Source of the DNA: Trypanosoma brucei
Taxonomy: Eukaryota
NCBI GenBank assembly: GCA_000002445.1
Contig: CP000069.1
Span: forward strand, 96,001-160,000
DNA: 64,000 nt
Direction: 5' to 3'
Positions 63,444 through 64,000 of this stretch are shown here, in pieces; within the stretch, counting starts at the first letter, position 1, and each line of letters begins with the position of its first letter. The notes under the pieces are model-generated. The model saw only the letters and a program-made list of their open reading frames with translations, searched no databases and was not told where the DNA came from. The position numbers and the translations under genes are program-made.

Positions 63444-64000
63444 TGGTACTGTTGCACGTCATAAAGCGTACAAATCTCTTAGTTTTACTCGGCGGAAAAG
63501 TTAATTAGCATACCGATTGTAGTAGTTGTTAGTGAATTTTAACGTAGTCTCGGTAGGGTTTGTCTTTTGTATCTATTTTTATCTTTTGCCATCTATTTAT
63601 TATTACATTTTTTACATTCTATTTTTGGTGGCTGCTGCCTCTGCATTAAAGCACATACTAATCTTAAGAGGGAACATGCCCTCTGTTAGATTACACGTGC
63701 GTTGTCTTTCAAGACACTGAATTAACACATGCATGTGTTTTGCCGTGTCAGCGCCGGTTGGTTTCTTACTGTTCCAAATCCGACCCTTATGGAAGACAGG
63801 ACGGCTCAACATTTCTTCTAATTTAACCAAAACGTTTTTGTTCTGTGAGTAATCACAAAACGGGATTAGCTATGTACTTTCCCTAAGGGCTCTCTTTTTT
63901 ATTTGTGTCCTTGCCATTTGAGGCTTTAAGAAAAGTAAGGTGAAACATTTCTTTTTCAACACGTCTGTCCTTAAGCGTGCGAGTGCATGACTATTTTTTT

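Larger units (their letters stand above)
54640..64000. repeat. Inverted copy of the GRESAG4 array unit (runs to the window end)
   Basis: 54640-54720 is the reverse complement of 45470-45540. The ORFs 54716-54940, 54958-58797, 59977-60225, 60702-60962, 60984-61280, 61423-61686, 61719-63131, 63135-63443 and 63526-63720 are the plus-strand mirror images of the minus-strand ORF series in units 1 and 2. Confidence 0.9.

Noticed and set aside
1-64000. Prokaryotic-style features (operons, RBS, CRISPR arrays, defence islands)
   Set aside because: Gene structure and gene families are unmistakably kinetoplastid: a GRESAG4-type cyclase with extracellular domain + TM + class III catalytic domain, an ENT transporter, LRRP repeats, and polypyrimidine/AG trans-splice signals. 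No direct-repeat/spacer arrays or tightly packed co-directional short genes are present.

Overview
This window is eukaryotic. It looks like a chromosome-internal locus of a kinetoplastid, most like Trypanosoma brucei or a related salivarian trypanosome. I found nothing prokaryotic: no operons, no Shine-Dalgarno spacing, no CRISPR. The genes are long and intron-less, and polypyrimidine tract plus AG motifs sit about 40-60 nt upstream of the first ATG, as expected for trans-splicing. Note that the ORF track uses GTG/TTG as alternative starts, so I re-set starts to the first ATG. Contents from left to right follow. (1) A fragmented leucine-rich-repeat protein gene (LRRP/ESAG8-like pseudogene) on the minus strand at about 0.8-2.6 kb. 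(2) A roughly 13 kb stretch with no long ORFs that contains a GC-rich island and homopolymer G/C runs. (3) An intact gene for an equilibrative nucleoside transporter (ENT) family member on the plus strand, 15910-17301. (4) A roughly 5 kb AT-rich, microsatellite-rich gene-free gap. This gap is a convergent strand switch, since the ENT gene reads rightwards while everything at 22.7-45.5 kb reads leftwards. (5) An array of receptor-type adenylate cyclase genes (GRESAG4-like) built from an approximately 11.4 kb unit. Each unit holds one full-length gene of about 1270 aa (signal/hydrophobic leader, large extracellular periplasmic-binding-protein-like domain, one TM helix, class III cyclase catalytic domain). 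Each unit also holds one highly divergent, frame-disrupted paralogue whose catalytic-domain segment is nevertheless about 97% identical at nucleotide level to the functional copies. Two units lie in direct tandem on the minus strand (22.7-34.1 kb and 34.1-45.5 kb). A third unit lies inverted on the plus strand (54.6 kb to the window end). The inverted arms are separated by a 9.1 kb unique ORF-poor spacer. This gives a large palindromic arrangement with genes diverging from the spacer, which is a candidate divergent strand-switch or transcription-start region. The most interesting signals are as follows: domain-restricted sequence homogenisation (gene conversion) between pseudogenes and functional cyclase genes; a long intact TM+catalytic-domain reading frame retained in one of the pseudogene copies; patchwork polymorphism among the three full-length copies; and the palindromic array architecture. 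I cannot run searches, so family assignments rest on recognisable motifs and on established knowledge of trypanosome gene families.
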